DNA of 64,000 nt from Candidatus Binatia bacterium (GCA_963666315.2 CAXXHG010000014.1:64001-128000); one strand, 5' to 3'; numbered from the stretch's first letter, positions 9,297 through 19,884 are shown. Numbers and translations are program-made. The notes: a model not told the origin generated them from the sequence alone.

Positions 9297-11641
9297 GCCG
9301 TCAGTTCTACCACGGTTGCACCACTGCCGCCCTCATGCCGGGGCGCTTCATTAAAGGCCGCACAATACGGCGAATCCGATAAATACTCTCGCACTGCCCG
9401 TCTGAGGGCGCCTGTGCCCATGCCATGGACAATGCGAACGGCGGATTGGTTATTGAGAATAGCCTGGTCTAAGAAGGTTTCCAAACGTGGCAGGGCCTCA
9501 TGCACACGCAGGCCGAGCAAATTGATCTCAGGCCTGCCCGCCGCTTTTCGTTCCACCGCGACCTGAACAACCGGAGCCTCTTTTTTCTTAGCGGAGCGAC
9601 GGATCTGGGCCACAGGGACTTCAAATGTCGTCCCTCCGCGGCGAATCCGGGCTTTATTTCCATTCAGCGTCATCAAAATACCTTGGATTCTTCCTTTCCG
9701 GATCTCGACCTCGTCTCCAATTTGCGGCAGCGGCGCGTCAATAACCGGCTCGGTTCGAAACGTTCGCTCTCTCTCTTTGATGACCTGTTCTTGCTCATGC
9801 AGGAATTGCGAGAGTTCACTCCGCGCCCGGCCCGGCGAGGTATGCGGCTCACGCAGATTCTTACGCAGTTGCGCGATGGCCTCTCGGCCTTCTTCCCGCA
9901 GCCGACGAATCAGGAGTTTGGCTTCGCTCACCTCTTCCTGCCACACCTGACGACGTTTTTCCTCAGCTTCTGCGAGTAAGTCTTGCTGGCGGATACGCAG
10001 GGCGGCGGCCTGTTCACGTTCCGCACTGACCTGAGTCCGTTCATGCTCAAGTCTGACATAGGATTCTTCCAGCCGAGCGACGGCCTCGGAAAACTGGCGG
10101 GACTCAACGGATAGTGTGGCTTCAGCCGCCACACACACCTCTTCGGGTAAGCCCAGTCGGCGGGCTATGGGCAGGCCCAGACTTTGACCCATCACGTTGT
10201 ATTGCAACTGATACTGAGGCTTGAGTGTTTCCAGGTCCAAGGCTACGGCGGCAATCTGATAGCCGCCGTCTGCCATGGCGAAAAGCTTCACCGGACTCAG
10301 GTGTGTGGAAATAGCAAGGGAAACATGACGCTCTTTGAGAAAGGTCAGTAGTCCGCAGGCTAATGCTCCGCCTTCTGCCGGGTCTGTACCACCACCAGGC
10401 TCGTCGAACAGGACTAAGGCGGGTTCCGAAAGAGTAGCCAAGATGTCACTCACGTTCGCAATATAGGCCGAGAAGGTTGAGAGGCTGTGCTGCAAGGACT
10501 GAGCATCTCCGATATCAGCAAACACACTCCGAAAAATGGGGATTTCGTTTGCTTCATCTACCGGAATCAATAATCCCGTCTGAGCCATGAGACACATAAG
10601 CCCTAGGGTTTTGAGGGCGACCGTTTTTCCACCCGTATTCGGGCCGGTGATGATAAGGCCGCATTTGGCCTCCGGGAGGATGAGGTCTATGGGCACAACG
10701 GTCTTAGCCGCTGCCATGAGCAATGGGTGCTGAGCCGACTGCAGCCGGATCGTCGCACCAAAGTGCGGTTTGGCCGCTCCGTATTTCCGAGCAAAGGCGA
10801 CTTTTGCGTGCAACACGTCAATTTCAGTCAGCGTTGTAAAAGCCTGAGCCAGCGGGTCAAGCTCCTCACGCACCAAGTCGGTCAGCCACACGAAGAGCCG
10901 GTGCTCCTCGGCCGTAACCTCTTTTTGGGTGAGGAGTAAACGGTTGTTGAGTTCAACGGCAAACAGCGGCTCGATAAACACCGTCTCACCGGACCCGGAG
11001 CGGTCCTGCACAATGCCGGGCAGACGAGCCTGAAAATTCGGCCGGACGGGAATCACGAAACGATTATTCCGGATGGTGACATAGGTATCGGTCACAACAT
11101 CCTTGGCCTCGCTTGAGCGGAGCGTACGGTGCAGGCGCCGTTCGATCTCCTCGCCCACTGTTCGCACCTGACGGCGCAGCGAACGCAACGTCGGGCTTGC
11201 CGTATCTTTGAGTTTGCCGTTTTCGTCCAAGCAACGACGCAGTGCGGCCTCCAGGTCAGGAAAGGTCGGGAGGCGCACGGCGTATCCCTTGAGCAAATCC
11301 TTTTCTGCCACCTCTCGACGGAAGAACGCGGCAAGGGTTCGGGACAGCGTTACGACCTCAAGAATGTCGAGCAGCGGCTGTCCCTCCAGTGCCGCGCCGC
11401 CATGATCCGCCCATGCAAACGTCGGACGGATATCGGGAAAGGACTGTATGGGCAGGTGTAAACGTTCTTCGAGCAGACGGAAGCACTGCCACGTGCGCTC
11501 GCTGTCTTCTTTCACCACAGACTCGGCAATCTGCGGCCGTAAGTCTAAGCAGGCTTCATGTCCGGCAGCAGAAAGCGCGTAGTTGGCGAGCAACTGCAGC
11601 ACTTTGTCGAACTCTAGAGCGAGCAGGTCTCGTTCACGCAT
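9293..11641 (-). CDS. mutS2: MutS2 (endonuclease / ribosome-collision factor)
   Basis: ITGPNTGGKT, DIGDAQSLQHSLSTFS, DEPGGGTDP, coiled coil, KOW, C-terminal Smr (IVHGMGTGALR). Confidence 0.95.
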   Translation of the reverse strand: MRERDLLALEFDKVLQLLANYALSAAGHEACLDLRPQIAESVVKEDSERTWQCFRLLEERLHLPIQSFPDIRPTFAWADHGGAALEGQPLLDILEVVTLSRTLAAFFRREVAEKDLLKGYAVRLPTFPDLEAALRRCLDENGKLKDTASPTLRSLRRQVRTVGEEIERRLHRTLRSSEAKDVVTDTYVTIRNNRFVIPVRPNFQARLPGIVQDRSGSGETVFIEPLFAVELNNRLLLTQKEVTAEEHRLFVWLTDLVREELDPLAQAFTTLTEIDVLHAKVAFARKYGAAKPHFGATIRLQSAQHPLLMAAAKTVVPIDLILPEAKCGLIITGPNTGGKTVALKTLGLMCLMAQTGLLIPVDEANEIPIFRSVFADIGDAQSLQHSLSTFSAYIANVSDILATLSEPALVLFDEPGGGTDPAEGGALACGLLTFLKERHVSLAISTHLSPVKLFAMADGGYQIAAVALDLETLKPQYQLQYNVMGQSLGLPIARRLGLPEEVCVAAEATLSVESRQFSEAVARLEESYVRLEHERTQVSAEREQAAALRIRQQDLLAEAEEKRRQVWQEEVSEAKLLIRRLREEGREAIAQLRKNLREPHTSPGRARSELSQFLHEQEQVIKERERTFRTEPVIDAPLPQIGDEVEIRKGRIQGILMTLNGNKARIRRGGTTFEVPVAQIRRSAKKKEAPVVQVAVERKAAGRPEINLLGLRVHEALPRLETFLDQAILNNQSAVRIVHGMGTGALRRAVREYLSDSPYCAAFNEAPRHEGGSGATVVELTA

Positions 11642-11671
11642 AGAACTTATAGTGGCACATCCGAAAGGTGC

Positions 11672-11688
11672 ATATTTTTATAAAATAT
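11672..11688. promoter_or_regulatory. AT-rich palindrome in the divergent mutS2/LEH promoter region
   Basis: ATATTTT-TAT-AAAATAT. Confidence 0.35.
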
Positions 11689-11767
11689 AAAATCACACTA
11701 CGAACTCATACTTGCAGCCGCTAGCGCCCTATGCTAGCGAGGCAGAAGCATATCAAAAGGAGGACGT

Positions 11768-12154
11768 ATGAGCGCCGAACATGAACAATTCGTGACTGAA
11801 TTTTGCCACTCATTGACCAGTGGAGATATGAGCAAGGTGGTGTCCTATCTGTCAGAAGATGTTTTTTATCATAACATGCCCTGGGCTCCGGTGACTGGTC
11901 ATGCGGGAGTCCATGAAGTACTTGATCCTTTCGTCAACGCGAACTTGCTGGAAAAAATGGAAATCAAACATACGGCCTCGTCGGGCGATGTCGTCACAAA
12001 CGAACGACTCGAAGCCTGGATCAAGGGCGATGTCCGCGTTCTACTCCCTGTCCTTGGCGTATTCACTATCACCGACGGCAAAATAACCAAATGGTGCGAC
12101 TATTTTGATAGCGCCACCATTGCACCATTGATGGAAACCATTCAGCAGTCCTAG
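11768..12154 (+). CDS. limonene-1,2-epoxide hydrolase family (NTF2-like) protein
   Basis: YHNMP, VVTNERLE, VLGVF, WCDYFD; AGGAGG RBS. Confidence 0.85.
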   Translation: MSAEHEQFVTEFCHSLTSGDMSKVVSYLSEDVFYHNMPWAPVTGHAGVHEVLDPFVNANLLEKMEIKHTASSGDVVTNERLEAWIKGDVRVLLPVLGVFTITDGKITKWCDYFDSATIAPLMETIQQS

Positions 12155-12182
12155 GGAAAATATTGCTTCACTGCGGCGGCGG

Positions 12183-12200
12183 TCACGGTACAAACGATAC
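12183..12200 (+). repeat. att site (left direct repeat)
   Basis: TCACGGTACAAACGATAC; the reverse complement encodes VSFVP*. Confidence 0.9.
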
Positions 12201-12840
12201 AAACCGTGTCATTACTACCGAGCGATACAGTCTGTGATAGAGGCTGATACAGTGCGCTAAACCTAGGCGAAAGGCATTCCTCCTTCATGTCTGTATCTCT
12301 CGGTGACACACGATAGCACCAAGTCCCACACGCGAATAGCTACCATTTGTATCGCCAGTTGATTGAACAACATTCCTCTCCATTCCCCCCGAATCCCTGT
12401 GAAAGTCCCGCGAATTTTCACAACAGGCGCGAGAGTGAAGGAATCAGGGATTGACTGTAGCTAGGAACACTTATCACTCTTGTCTTTCCATCTCGGCGAG
12501 ACCGATATCAATGTCAAGAAGCCGCATGCGACGTTTATGCACTGCTACACGGTCAAGAAAAAATACTCACCCGGCCGTGCGAAGCAAGTGTTCTCGCTGC
12601 GGAACATGGCCAGTGGTCGCCGCTAATCCCCAAAACGTAGGGGAAGGTGGTGACGCAGCAGTGGGAGACAAAGGCTATTAATCTCCGCGCCGATGGAAGC
12701 CGGAACTTCTAGGTAGAAGAGTATGACCTGGCTACGTGGTCCAAAACGGGGACAGTTTACGCCTCGGACTAGCGCCAACGAAGAAAAGGAAAAAGGAGCG
12801 CATCATGGCGGACGGACGGCCACCATGGCGTCTTCAGCGG

Positions 12841-14261
12841 TCACATGTTTTTGTTGTGGAGAAAGAGCCAATCAATAACCAGGGACGGGAATCGCGCGTT
12901 TAAAACGGGAGAGTGAGTCGCCCCGCGCATTCGCCAAAGCGCGAAGGTTGTAGCTTCAACACATCCATCAGAAAACACTGTGACAGTGGTCTCGCCACCT
13001 TCTATAGTCGCTACTAGATCCAATGCGGCGCCGGGTTTGCTCGCCGTCAAGTCACATTCCGCGATTGTTGCCCAGCGCGAGACAGTTTCGAATGCACCCG
13101 GGTAAGTGGAGAAGCCGATAGATCCTCCGCCGAAGCGTATGGTGGTATCTGCGTCGCCGTGTATGTGCAACACGCTAACGGGTGTAACTGCCGCGCACGA
13201 TATTTCCCGTTCATAGGTTGTTCCCGCGACAGACACGATGGCTGCAATATCCGCCGGGCGCTCGCAGGCCAGCGTATGGGCCATGAAAGCACCATTGGAG
13301 TAACCCACCAGGTAGACTCGGCCCGCATCGACGTTATATGCCTCCTTGGCGAAAGCGATGAGACTCCCCAGGTAGGCGACATCGTCCACTGCACTGCCGT
13401 AAAAGTTGCAGCAGCCACCGGGTATAGCGTTCCAGAAGCGATACTCGTTCGCAGAGTTCTCGGGTGTCCCATTAGGGAGCATCAGAACAAAGCGACGAGC
13501 ATCAACAATGTCGGATAGTCTGAAGTATTGATCCTGCCACTTCCCATTCATCGTATATCCGTGGAGCAAGATGACGAGAGGCAACTGTTCGTCGATTCGA
13601 ATCCCGGCGGGCAGTTGGACCAAGGCAAGCCGCTCGCCGTCAGAGAGATACGCCCGGTTCTTTATGGACGATACTGTAAACGCCTGCAGTGCAGTATCCC
13701 ATTTAAGACGGATCTCCACATCCGTGCCGTCCACGCGGACACCATCAATGACCACTTCGTCATTGTCCATGCGCGTCGTCGCCTCTGACATATCAACACC
13801 TGGAATAAATTCTAGATCCCCGAGTTTGGCCACCACGATGTCCCTGTCGGTGGAGCGCATCACTTCGCCATTTTTTGTCGTCACCTGGTCGTCACCTGAA
13901 TGGAGACTGTATGTCGTCCCTCGGTCAAAATTCCCCAGTTTATTTTGGTGCTGAAGCCACTACCAGCAGCTTGTTCATTTTCGGGATACGCTGTTGCTAC
14001 ATCTAGTCGTTCGGAGCAGCATGGGACGGTCCCTGCCTCGACCCCATCAATGGAGAAAGTGACCCTGGCCACGGGGTCAGACGCATCCGTTGAAAACGCC
14101 CATCCATCAATCTGGCCGATTCCCGAAACTACGCCACCAGCAGGATTTTCCAAACTAGCCACAACCTGTGCCTGCGCAATACCTCTGGCTAAACAAAGGA
14201 TCAAATATATAACACAGCAAACAGCGAGCGCTCGAACGGACCCGGAAGTCTTAGCCTTCAT
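12841..14261 (-). pseudogene. secreted PHB-depolymerase/LpqC-like esterase with N-terminal beta-rich domain, split by an 11-bp duplication
   Basis: LHGY, GYSNG nucleophile motif, HIHGDAD; the upstream frame carries a signal peptide and ASLENP...GWAF domain; frameshift at (GTCGTCACCTG)x2, 13877-13898. Confidence 0.8.
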
Positions 14262-14371
14262 CAGGGAACACGCTGACGTTTTACCGAGCGGTGCCTCAGG
14301 AGTGGGTTCCGCGTCGCCCACGTGGACTTTCTTCCATGCTTTCATACCCGGAAATATACTGGACTCTACGT

Positions 14372-14553
14372 GGTATTGTCAAGTTATGGCAGGGAGAGCA
14401 AAAAGTTGCACTCGAAGTGGGAGGAATAGATCCCCCAGAAGTGCTTTTTCTGTCCGCGGTGGGATGTACAGCCTCTGCACAGCCAATAACACGCCACGAA
14501 TCTGGCATCAGGTGGGAGAGTCGAAAATGCTTGTTCTATAACTTGACAGTACC
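14372..14553. mobile_element. IS6-type MITE (182 bp, non-autonomous)
   Basis: Terminal IRs GGTATTGTCAAGTTAT / ATAACTTGACAGTACC matching the ends of the IS6 at 24984-25823; no transposase inside. Confidence 0.8.
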
Positions 14554-15193
14554 CGCGCGCGGCCTCCGTGCACTCGTCCTGCTAATCAACGGCCCCCTTA
14601 CACTTTCGGGCGTGCCAACGCACGACTTCCCAATGTTTGTCATTCCTCCAAGGATGATAATAGACCCGGTTCCATCAAGACCGAGACGGTCCATGCTATT
14701 CACTTTGAAAATGCTTAGTCGCAGTAGACAATCTCATTGCTAGCCTGATTGAGAACGCCGGCAACCCCAAAAAGGGCAGTAGGTTCGCATCGGAGTCGCC
14801 CAAACGGGCCGTTCCGTTTTTCAGCTCTTGCGCGCAAGTGATTACAACGCCGGTGTCTAAAATTTCAACATGGCTTTACCCCCGAGGGTCCTCCTGGACA
14901 GCTTCACCAGCTCGTATGGACTGACCGCCATATTCAGCCTGTGCGGCACGATCCCGGCTTGGCCCATACTAAGGCCCTCGCTGGATCGGTGTTTGTTCAT
15001 CTGCCCAGCAGCGCGTAAGCCGTGCCGGCATGGGGGAGGAAAATTGTCTTGTCCCGTTTCATTGAGCGAGTGAGTCCTGGCCCCACCAAGAAAGGGGACA
15101 GTAATGTGACGGGTGGGTCGGAGCGATTATCCGGGAGGCGAAGTTGACAATGGCCGCGTTGGTGGACCACGCCACTGGAGATTGATCGTAAGC

Positions 15194-15781
15194 TTACCCA
15201 ACCCGTTCCTCACCGGCGGTTGCAGCGATGCTACTGAGCACTTTCCGCCCCTCACGCAGCAGCGCATCGAAACGGGCCTCCAACGCTGGGCTACTGCCCC
15301 TGCATCCGGCCACAACTTGACCCGCCCAACGCAAATATTCCCGCCGCCGGTCGAGTGACCATTTAACAGGTGGATGCTTGATGACGTCGTCGATATTGCA
15401 AATTTTGTCCGCGAGTTTGATCGATTTTGCTTCGCGTGAGAGCTTTGGCGCGTGTTCGATCTGCGATTTTTTGCGCTCGTCTTTTGGCAGATCCTTGTCG
15501 TCGCTGACCTCCTCAACGAGCTTGCACACGGCGAGGCCGAAGGCGTCTTCCAGTTCCTCTAGCGTCGTCCCCGTATCTTCAACCGTATCGTGGAGAAGCG
15601 CCGCACTTAAAATGTCAATGTCCGTCACCCCCCCTACTTCGCTAAGCGTTTCGGCCACGGCCAAGGGGTGATTAATATAGGGGGTGGCGTCCGCCCCCTT
15701 GCGGCGTTGATCCCGATGTTTCTTGGCGGCGAAACTTGCGGCGGCCAACAAGCGCGCGGAGTCTGAACCGTGTTCTGGCAT
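15194..15781 (-). CDS. HD-domain (p)ppGpp hydrolase, Mesh1/SAH-like
   Basis: HRDQRRK...PYINHP, ALLHDTVEDT, VSDDK, IKLADKICN. Confidence 0.9.
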   Translation of the reverse strand: MPEHGSDSARLLAAASFAAKKHRDQRRKGADATPYINHPLAVAETLSEVGGVTDIDILSAALLHDTVEDTGTTLEELEDAFGLAVCKLVEEVSDDKDLPKDERKKSQIEHAPKLSREAKSIKLADKICNIDDVIKHPPVKWSLDRRREYLRWAGQVVAGCRGSSPALEARFDALLREGRKVLSSIAATAGEERVG

Positions 15782-15950
15782 GGGTAGCTCCTACTGTAAC
15801 TATTCTTGAAAGGGAGTAGCGGAGGGAGACACCCTTAATTTAAGACTGCTACGCGGAGAGTCAACAAAAGCGACGCAGGGCGCACCTATGTGTGCGCCCT
15901 GCGGGATGAGTAGACATATTGGTTTGTCCCTACAACGAGAAGGAGGAATT

Positions 15951-16427
15951 ATGCCAAGCGGACAAGACGGTATGAGCACGAGTATTGCTCGGTTTGAGGA
16001 TCTCAAGCCGATTGACTACGCGAGCTTTATCAAGAACTACGAACCTGACGGGATGCGGGGCTACGCATTGATCGGGAGGGCGGGCAAGACTGTTCCTGCT
16101 ATCGCAGGAAACCATGGTTTTACCATGGTGATTAACAAGGTAAGCCCGGGCAAGGGAGCCCCGCTGCATAGCCACCCCAAACCAGAAGTCTTCGTGGTGC
16201 TGTCTGGAAAATGCGCTTTCTTCTGGGGAGACGACGGCAAGAACGAGGTCGTGCTGGAACAATGGGATACGATTTCCTTTCCAGCTGGAACACCAGAAGG
16301 CTTTCGGAATATTGGGGCTGAGGAGACGAATCTCTTAGTCATTTTGAGTGGTTCGGCAGTGGGCGAGGTGACGTTCACGAAACAGCGAGATGAGGCGGAA
16401 GCGGCAGGGGTAGAGGCAGAGCGATAA
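15951..16427 (+). CDS. cupin domain protein
   Basis: PGKGAPLHSHPKPEVFVVLSG; AGGAGG RBS. Confidence 0.85.
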   Translation: MPSGQDGMSTSIARFEDLKPIDYASFIKNYEPDGMRGYALIGRAGKTVPAIAGNHGFTMVINKVSPGKGAPLHSHPKPEVFVVLSGKCAFFWGDDGKNEVVLEQWDTISFPAGTPEGFRNIGAEETNLLVILSGSAVGEVTFTKQRDEAEAAGVEAER

Positions 16428-16461
16428 TCAAAGCACGGGAGGGGTGAAAGGAGGACTTTGT

Positions 16462-17370
16462 ATGGCAACATTTTCTGTTGATCAGGTTGAGATTTTTGGC
16501 AAAGGCGTACTGCAAGCCGAGGGTGTGGTGGTTGATAAGGAGGGCAACGTTTTTGGCGGTGGGCGTAACGGCATCATGTATAAGGTCACACAAGATGGCA
16601 CTGTGAGTGAGCTGGTCACACTTCCCGAGGGGTCTATTCCGAATGGCGTTACGATGGACCGGAATGGCGATCTGGTGTACTGCGACCTGGGCAAGCAGGC
16701 GATGATGCGCGTCACCCAGAGTGGCGAAGTGTCGCTGATTGCGGATCAGGTTGGCTCGCTGAAACTGACACTGCCGAACTTTGCCAGCTACGATGCTGAG
16801 GGCAATTTATACATCTCGAATTCGAGTACGTCGACTATTGAGAACGTACTCGCCGAATTGGCTACGCCCTCGGCCAAAGGGGCGCTCGTCGTCATCCGTC
16901 CGAACGGCAAGAGCGAAATTGTGGCCGAGGGCATTTATCTGGCTAACGGCACAGCTATCGATCCCAAAGAAGACGCGGTCTACGTGCTGGAAAGCACCCG
17001 GAATGACTGTCTGCGTATCCAGATCAATAAGGATGGTACGTTTGGCAAGCCTGAGATCTACTCCAAAGATTTTCCGTCTTTGCCGGATGGAATGGCCTTT
17101 GATGTGGACGGCAATATGTATGTGACTCTGCCGGCGGTGGTGAAGGGTGGAGAAATGGTCCCGGCCCATCAAGTCATCGCCGTTGACACCAACGGCAATT
17201 GGCGCATGCTTATTGATGATTCTGCCGAAGGCAAGAAGCTGAACTTTCCGACCAACTGTGCCTTTGGTGGGCCGGACTTGCAGACACTGTACATCGCCAA
17301 TCTCGAAGGCGATCACTTCAGTTGTCTCAAGACTCCCTACAAAGGCCATCCGCTGTACCATCAGCGCTAA
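16462..17370 (+). CDS. SMP-30/gluconolactonase/LRE family protein
   Basis: AEG, PNG, ANG, PDGMAFDVDGN, PTNCAFGG. Confidence 0.9.
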   Translation: MATFSVDQVEIFGKGVLQAEGVVVDKEGNVFGGGRNGIMYKVTQDGTVSELVTLPEGSIPNGVTMDRNGDLVYCDLGKQAMMRVTQSGEVSLIADQVGSLKLTLPNFASYDAEGNLYISNSSTSTIENVLAELATPSAKGALVVIRPNGKSEIVAEGIYLANGTAIDPKEDAVYVLESTRNDCLRIQINKDGTFGKPEIYSKDFPSLPDGMAFDVDGNMYVTLPAVVKGGEMVPAHQVIAVDTNGNWRMLIDDSAEGKKLNFPTNCAFGGPDLQTLYIANLEGDHFSCLKTPYKGHPLYHQR

Positions 17371-17386
17371 TAGAGGGAGGCGGCCT

Positions 17387-18352
17387 ATGAAGGCAATGCG
17401 AGCGCATCAACCCGGAGGACCAGAGCAGCTCCGGTATGAAGATGCCCCCGACCCTGAGTTGGGAGCCGGACAGGTCCTCATTCGGGTCCAGGCTATTGGC
17501 ATTAATCCTGCCGATTTGGTGCGGCTGTCCGGCAAACTTGCACCGCTGAAACTCCCCTATATCACTGGCACGGATGTATGTGGTGAGGTCGAAGCCGTGA
17601 GTCCAGGCGCCACTCAGGTCAAGGTAGGCGACCGCGTATTTGGCCGCGCGATTAGCGCCGGCTATGCGGAAAAGACGTGTCTGCTCGCCCGCGAGGCAAT
17701 ACCCCTACCCTCCGCACTCTCTTTTGCTGAGGGGGCGGCGATTCCGATACCGTTTTATACGGCCTACTATGCCTTGCATCACAAAGCAGGACTGCAGGCG
17801 GAAGAAACGGTCCTGATTTCTGCCGGCGGCGGTGGCGTTGGCGTTGCAGCCATCCAGCTTGCCAAAGCCGCAGGAGCTCGGGTGATCACCACGGTCGGGT
17901 CACAGGAAAAAGTGGAACGGACACGCGAGCTGGGTGCTGACGTGGCGCTGAATTACAAACAGCAAGATTTTGCGGCAGAGGTTCTCAAGCTCACCGATGG
18001 CAAAGGGGTGGATGTCATCATTGAAAACGTCGCTTCAGATAACTTGGCTGCCGACTGCTCAGCCATTGCCAAGTCCGGCCGCATTGTCTTGATTGGTACG
18101 GGCACCGGCAAGGCTCCAGACGCTACGTTTGGCGTGTTGCCCGCGCTCATCAAAGATATCACCTTCTATGGCATGAGCCTTATTAATGCTGACCAGGTCA
18201 TCCCAGAGATGGCGGGTACGCTCACCCCGCTGTTTGCCGAGGGGAAGCTCAAAGCGCCGGTGAGCAAGACGTATCCGTTGTCTGAGGCCGCCCAGGCTCT
18301 GAATGACCTGCTTGCGAGTAAAGTTTTTGGCAAGCTGGTTCTGACACCATAA
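17387..18352 (+). CDS. NADPH:quinone reductase (zeta-crystallin, MDR family)
   Basis: AIGINPAD, GGGGVGVAAIQLAK, GKLVL. Confidence 0.9.
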   Translation: MKAMRAHQPGGPEQLRYEDAPDPELGAGQVLIRVQAIGINPADLVRLSGKLAPLKLPYITGTDVCGEVEAVSPGATQVKVGDRVFGRAISAGYAEKTCLLAREAIPLPSALSFAEGAAIPIPFYTAYYALHHKAGLQAEETVLISAGGGGVGVAAIQLAKAAGARVITTVGSQEKVERTRELGADVALNYKQQDFAAEVLKLTDGKGVDVIIENVASDNLAADCSAIAKSGRIVLIGTGTGKAPDATFGVLPALIKDITFYGMSLINADQVIPEMAGTLTPLFAEGKLKAPVSKTYPLSEAAQALNDLLASKVFGKLVLTP

Positions 18353-18384
18353 AAAGTCCACTCAGCAAGGAGGAAAGGAAGACT

Positions 18385-18795
18385 ATGGCAATCACACTAG
18401 CGCTCGCGGAACAGTTTATTACTGCAGCCAAAGAAAAGGCTCAGGAAAAAGGCTGGGATATGAGTTTTGCTGTGACTGATTCCGCCGGAAACTTGGTGGC
18501 ACTGGCCCGCATGGATAATGCTCGCTGGCTGACGACTGGCGTTGCCCAGAGCAAGGCGTTTACCGCTGCGACTTTCCGTCGGACCTCACGCGAGGTTGCC
18601 GAACTGGCGGAATCACGCTCGCAGTTGTTTAGCAGCGTTGCAGACATCATCGGACGGCCGTTGCTGTTGGCCGGAGGCGGTTTACCGCTGGCCGTCCATG
18701 GCGAGTTTCTTGGTGGCGTGGGTGCCAGCGGCGGGACGGAGGATGAAGATATTGAATGCGCCCGTGCGGCGCTTGACGCAATCGGAGCTGAGTAA
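18385..18795 (+). CDS. GlcG/HbpS heme-binding family protein
   Basis: AVTDSAG, ARMD, KAFTA, GGLPL, GVGASGG. Confidence 0.88.
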   Translation: MAITLALAEQFITAAKEKAQEKGWDMSFAVTDSAGNLVALARMDNARWLTTGVAQSKAFTAATFRRTSREVAELAESRSQLFSSVADIIGRPLLLAGGGLPLAVHGEFLGGVGASGGTEDEDIECARAALDAIGAE

Positions 18796-18815
18796 GTAGC
18801 CCGACCGCAATCTGA

Positions 18816-19884
18816 ATGGCCCAACCTCTCAACATCCTGCTCCTCGGTGCGGTGGGCGACTCTGTCATCAAGAAGATTGAGGCTATTGATCCTCGCACTC
18901 AGGTTGTGGATGCACGCGGGAAATTCGAGGTCGAGTATGCCGAAAACCTGGCCGGCAGAATCCGTTCGTCGCTATGTGCCGCGATCACTCGTAGCGGCAA
19001 ACACCTCGACCCGCGCCGAGCGAGACGCACTGCTAGCCGAAGCCGACGTCATCTGCATTCGGTTTCCTTTTCCGCTCGACTTACGTGCTCGAGCGCCGCG
19101 TCTCAAGTGGCTACACCAAACACCGGCGGGTGCCTCAAACTTGCGCATGGGCGACATGTGGGGCAGCGACGTCGTAGTCACAACGTCGCGTGGGCTGAAT
19201 AACCCTTTGCCTATCGCGGAATATGTTCTGTCCATGATCTTCCTCTTTGCAAAATCTTTGCCTCAAGCGTTCCGTGATCAGAACAATCAGGCATTCGAAC
19301 GCCGAGAATATCGTCCCATACTGGTACAGGGAAAAACCGTAGGCATTATCGGCCTGGGTGGCATTGGTTGTGCTGTTGCGCGTCTCGCCAAAGCAGTTGG
19401 GATGTCTGTTGTGGCGACACGGCGATCAGCAACAACTACACACACGAAGACCCAAAACGTTGACGAACTGCTCCCACCATCAGCGCTGTCTACTCTGCTT
19501 AAACAGAGTGATTTTGTTCTATTGAGTACCCAATGGACACCGGAAACGGACGGGCTTATTGGTGAAGCTGAACTGCGTCAGATGAAATCGATCGCGTATC
19601 TTATTAACGTTGCTCGGGGTGAACTGATTGACCAATCGGCCTTAACCAAGGCGTTACGTGAGGGTTGGATTGCTGGGGCGGGCCTAGATGTCTACAGCGG
19701 AGAATTCGCCGGTCCGCCACCAGAGGAAATCTGGCAACTGCCCAATGTCGTGATTACTCCGCATACATCAGGTGGAACTGATGTCCAGCAAGCAAAAGGC
19801 ATAGAGTTATTTTGCGAAAATTTGCAGCGCTATATAACAGGCCAATCCCTCTTGAATGTATTGGACTGGGCGCGGGGTTACTGA
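18816..19884 (+). pseudogene. D-2-hydroxyacid dehydrogenase with frameshift near 18943-18946
   Basis: N-terminus in the 18816 frame; GLGGIG, INVARG, AGLDV and ITPH in the 18847 frame; one extra A in GAAAACC joins them. Confidence 0.8.

Noticed and set aside
12451-12681. 76-aa ORF near the left island end
   Set aside because: TTG start and no recognisable motif; probably spurious or decayed.
12736-12760. GTGGTCCAAAACGGGGACAGTTTAC resembling an IS3-family right end, with a weak echo near 15085-15102
   Set aside because: No partner IR, no terminal CA and no transposase remnant recognised.
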